From Acidimicrobiales bacterium (GTDB lineage: Bacteria > Actinomycetota > Acidimicrobiia > Acidimicrobiales > JBBSGY01), in contig JBGAQY010000010.1 of NCBI GenBank assembly GCA_044220495.1, forward strand, positions 8,126 to 72,125: a stretch of DNA of 64,000 nt, in the 5' to 3' direction. This document shows positions 63,686 to 64,000 of this stretch, in pieces; positions within the stretch are counted from its first letter, which is position 1; each line of letters begins with the position of its first letter. Both the position numbers and the translations under genes were made by a program. The notes below the pieces were generated by a model. It had not been told where the DNA came from. It did not search any database and saw nothing but the letters and a program-made list of their open reading frames with translations.

Positions 63686-64000
63686 CTAAGAAACCGAACC
63701 CGTCGGCAATTCGCCACCCGACCGCGCGCGCAGTTCGGAGAGAATGCCGATGATGACTTCTTCGATGTCTTGTCCGCTCGTGTCGACAACAAGCGCGCCG
63801 TCGGGAACCGCGAGTGGTGAATCAACACGCGTTGAGTCGCGCTTGTCGCGTTCTTCCATCTCTTTGGCGACATCGTCGGTGCTCAGGTGTGCGAAACCAG
63901 GTGAGCTCAAATCAGCTTTACGACGACGAGCTCGCTCTTCTTCACTGGCTGTCAGGAAAATCTTGATCTCGGCATCGGGCAAGACAACCGTGCCGATGTC
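63686..64000 (-). CDS. cmk: Cytidylate kinase, C-terminal part (gene continues beyond the window)
   Basis: DIGTVVLPDAEIKIFLTASEEERARRR is the conserved Cmk segment. The reading frame is open to the window edge. Confidence 0.8.
   Translation of the reverse strand, partial: DIGTVVLPDAEIKIFLTASEEERARRRKADLSSPGFAHLSTDDVAKEMEERDKRDSTRVDSPLAVPDGALVVDTSGQDIEEVIIGILSELRARSGGELPTGSVS

Overview
High-GC actinobacterial chromosomal segment. GTG/TTG starts are frequent and many genes are coupled by ATGA/GTGA/TAATG overlaps. About 70 protein genes and one tRNA-Pro(GGG) are supportable; no rRNA, CRISPR array or transposase was seen. Two conserved blocks dominate. (1) 2.4-25 kb, + strand: a fully contiguous Pup-proteasome supercluster (arc/mpa, dop, pup, prcB, prcA, pafA, pafB, pafC), followed by two lepB paralogs, pckG, tatA, tatC and helY. 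(2) 37.7-49.7 kb, - strand: a block syntenic, from memory, with Mycobacterium Rv1822-Rv1832. It contains a CDP-alcohol phosphatidyltransferase, DUF881/small basic protein/DUF881, gcvH, a GarA-like FHA protein, MerR, a DUF151 nuclease, MerR, and gcvT/gcvPA/gcvPB. The window is flanked by xseAB and ferredoxin on the left and by der, a DUF512 protein, ispH, plsC and cmk on the right. The most interesting points are: (a) four uncharacterised genes sit in the tight junctions of the Pup-proteasome cluster: a 669-aa DUF3560-like orphan between arc and dop, a CelD-like plus a GNAT acyltransferase between pup and prcB, and DUF3866 between pafA and pafB. (b) A roughly 70-nt palindromic intergenic repeat family has 8 copies. 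They mark apparent synteny breakpoints and bracket two single-gene cassettes (a PhyH dioxygenase and a secreted GH64 glucanase). (c) An integrase-containing accessory segment at 31.3-37.1 kb carries orphan genes, a GT2 and an EAL operon. (d) Two repeat-dense noncoding tracts share a second, 40-nt palindrome type. All functional calls rest on reading the translated ORFs for recognisable family motifs. No database search was run.
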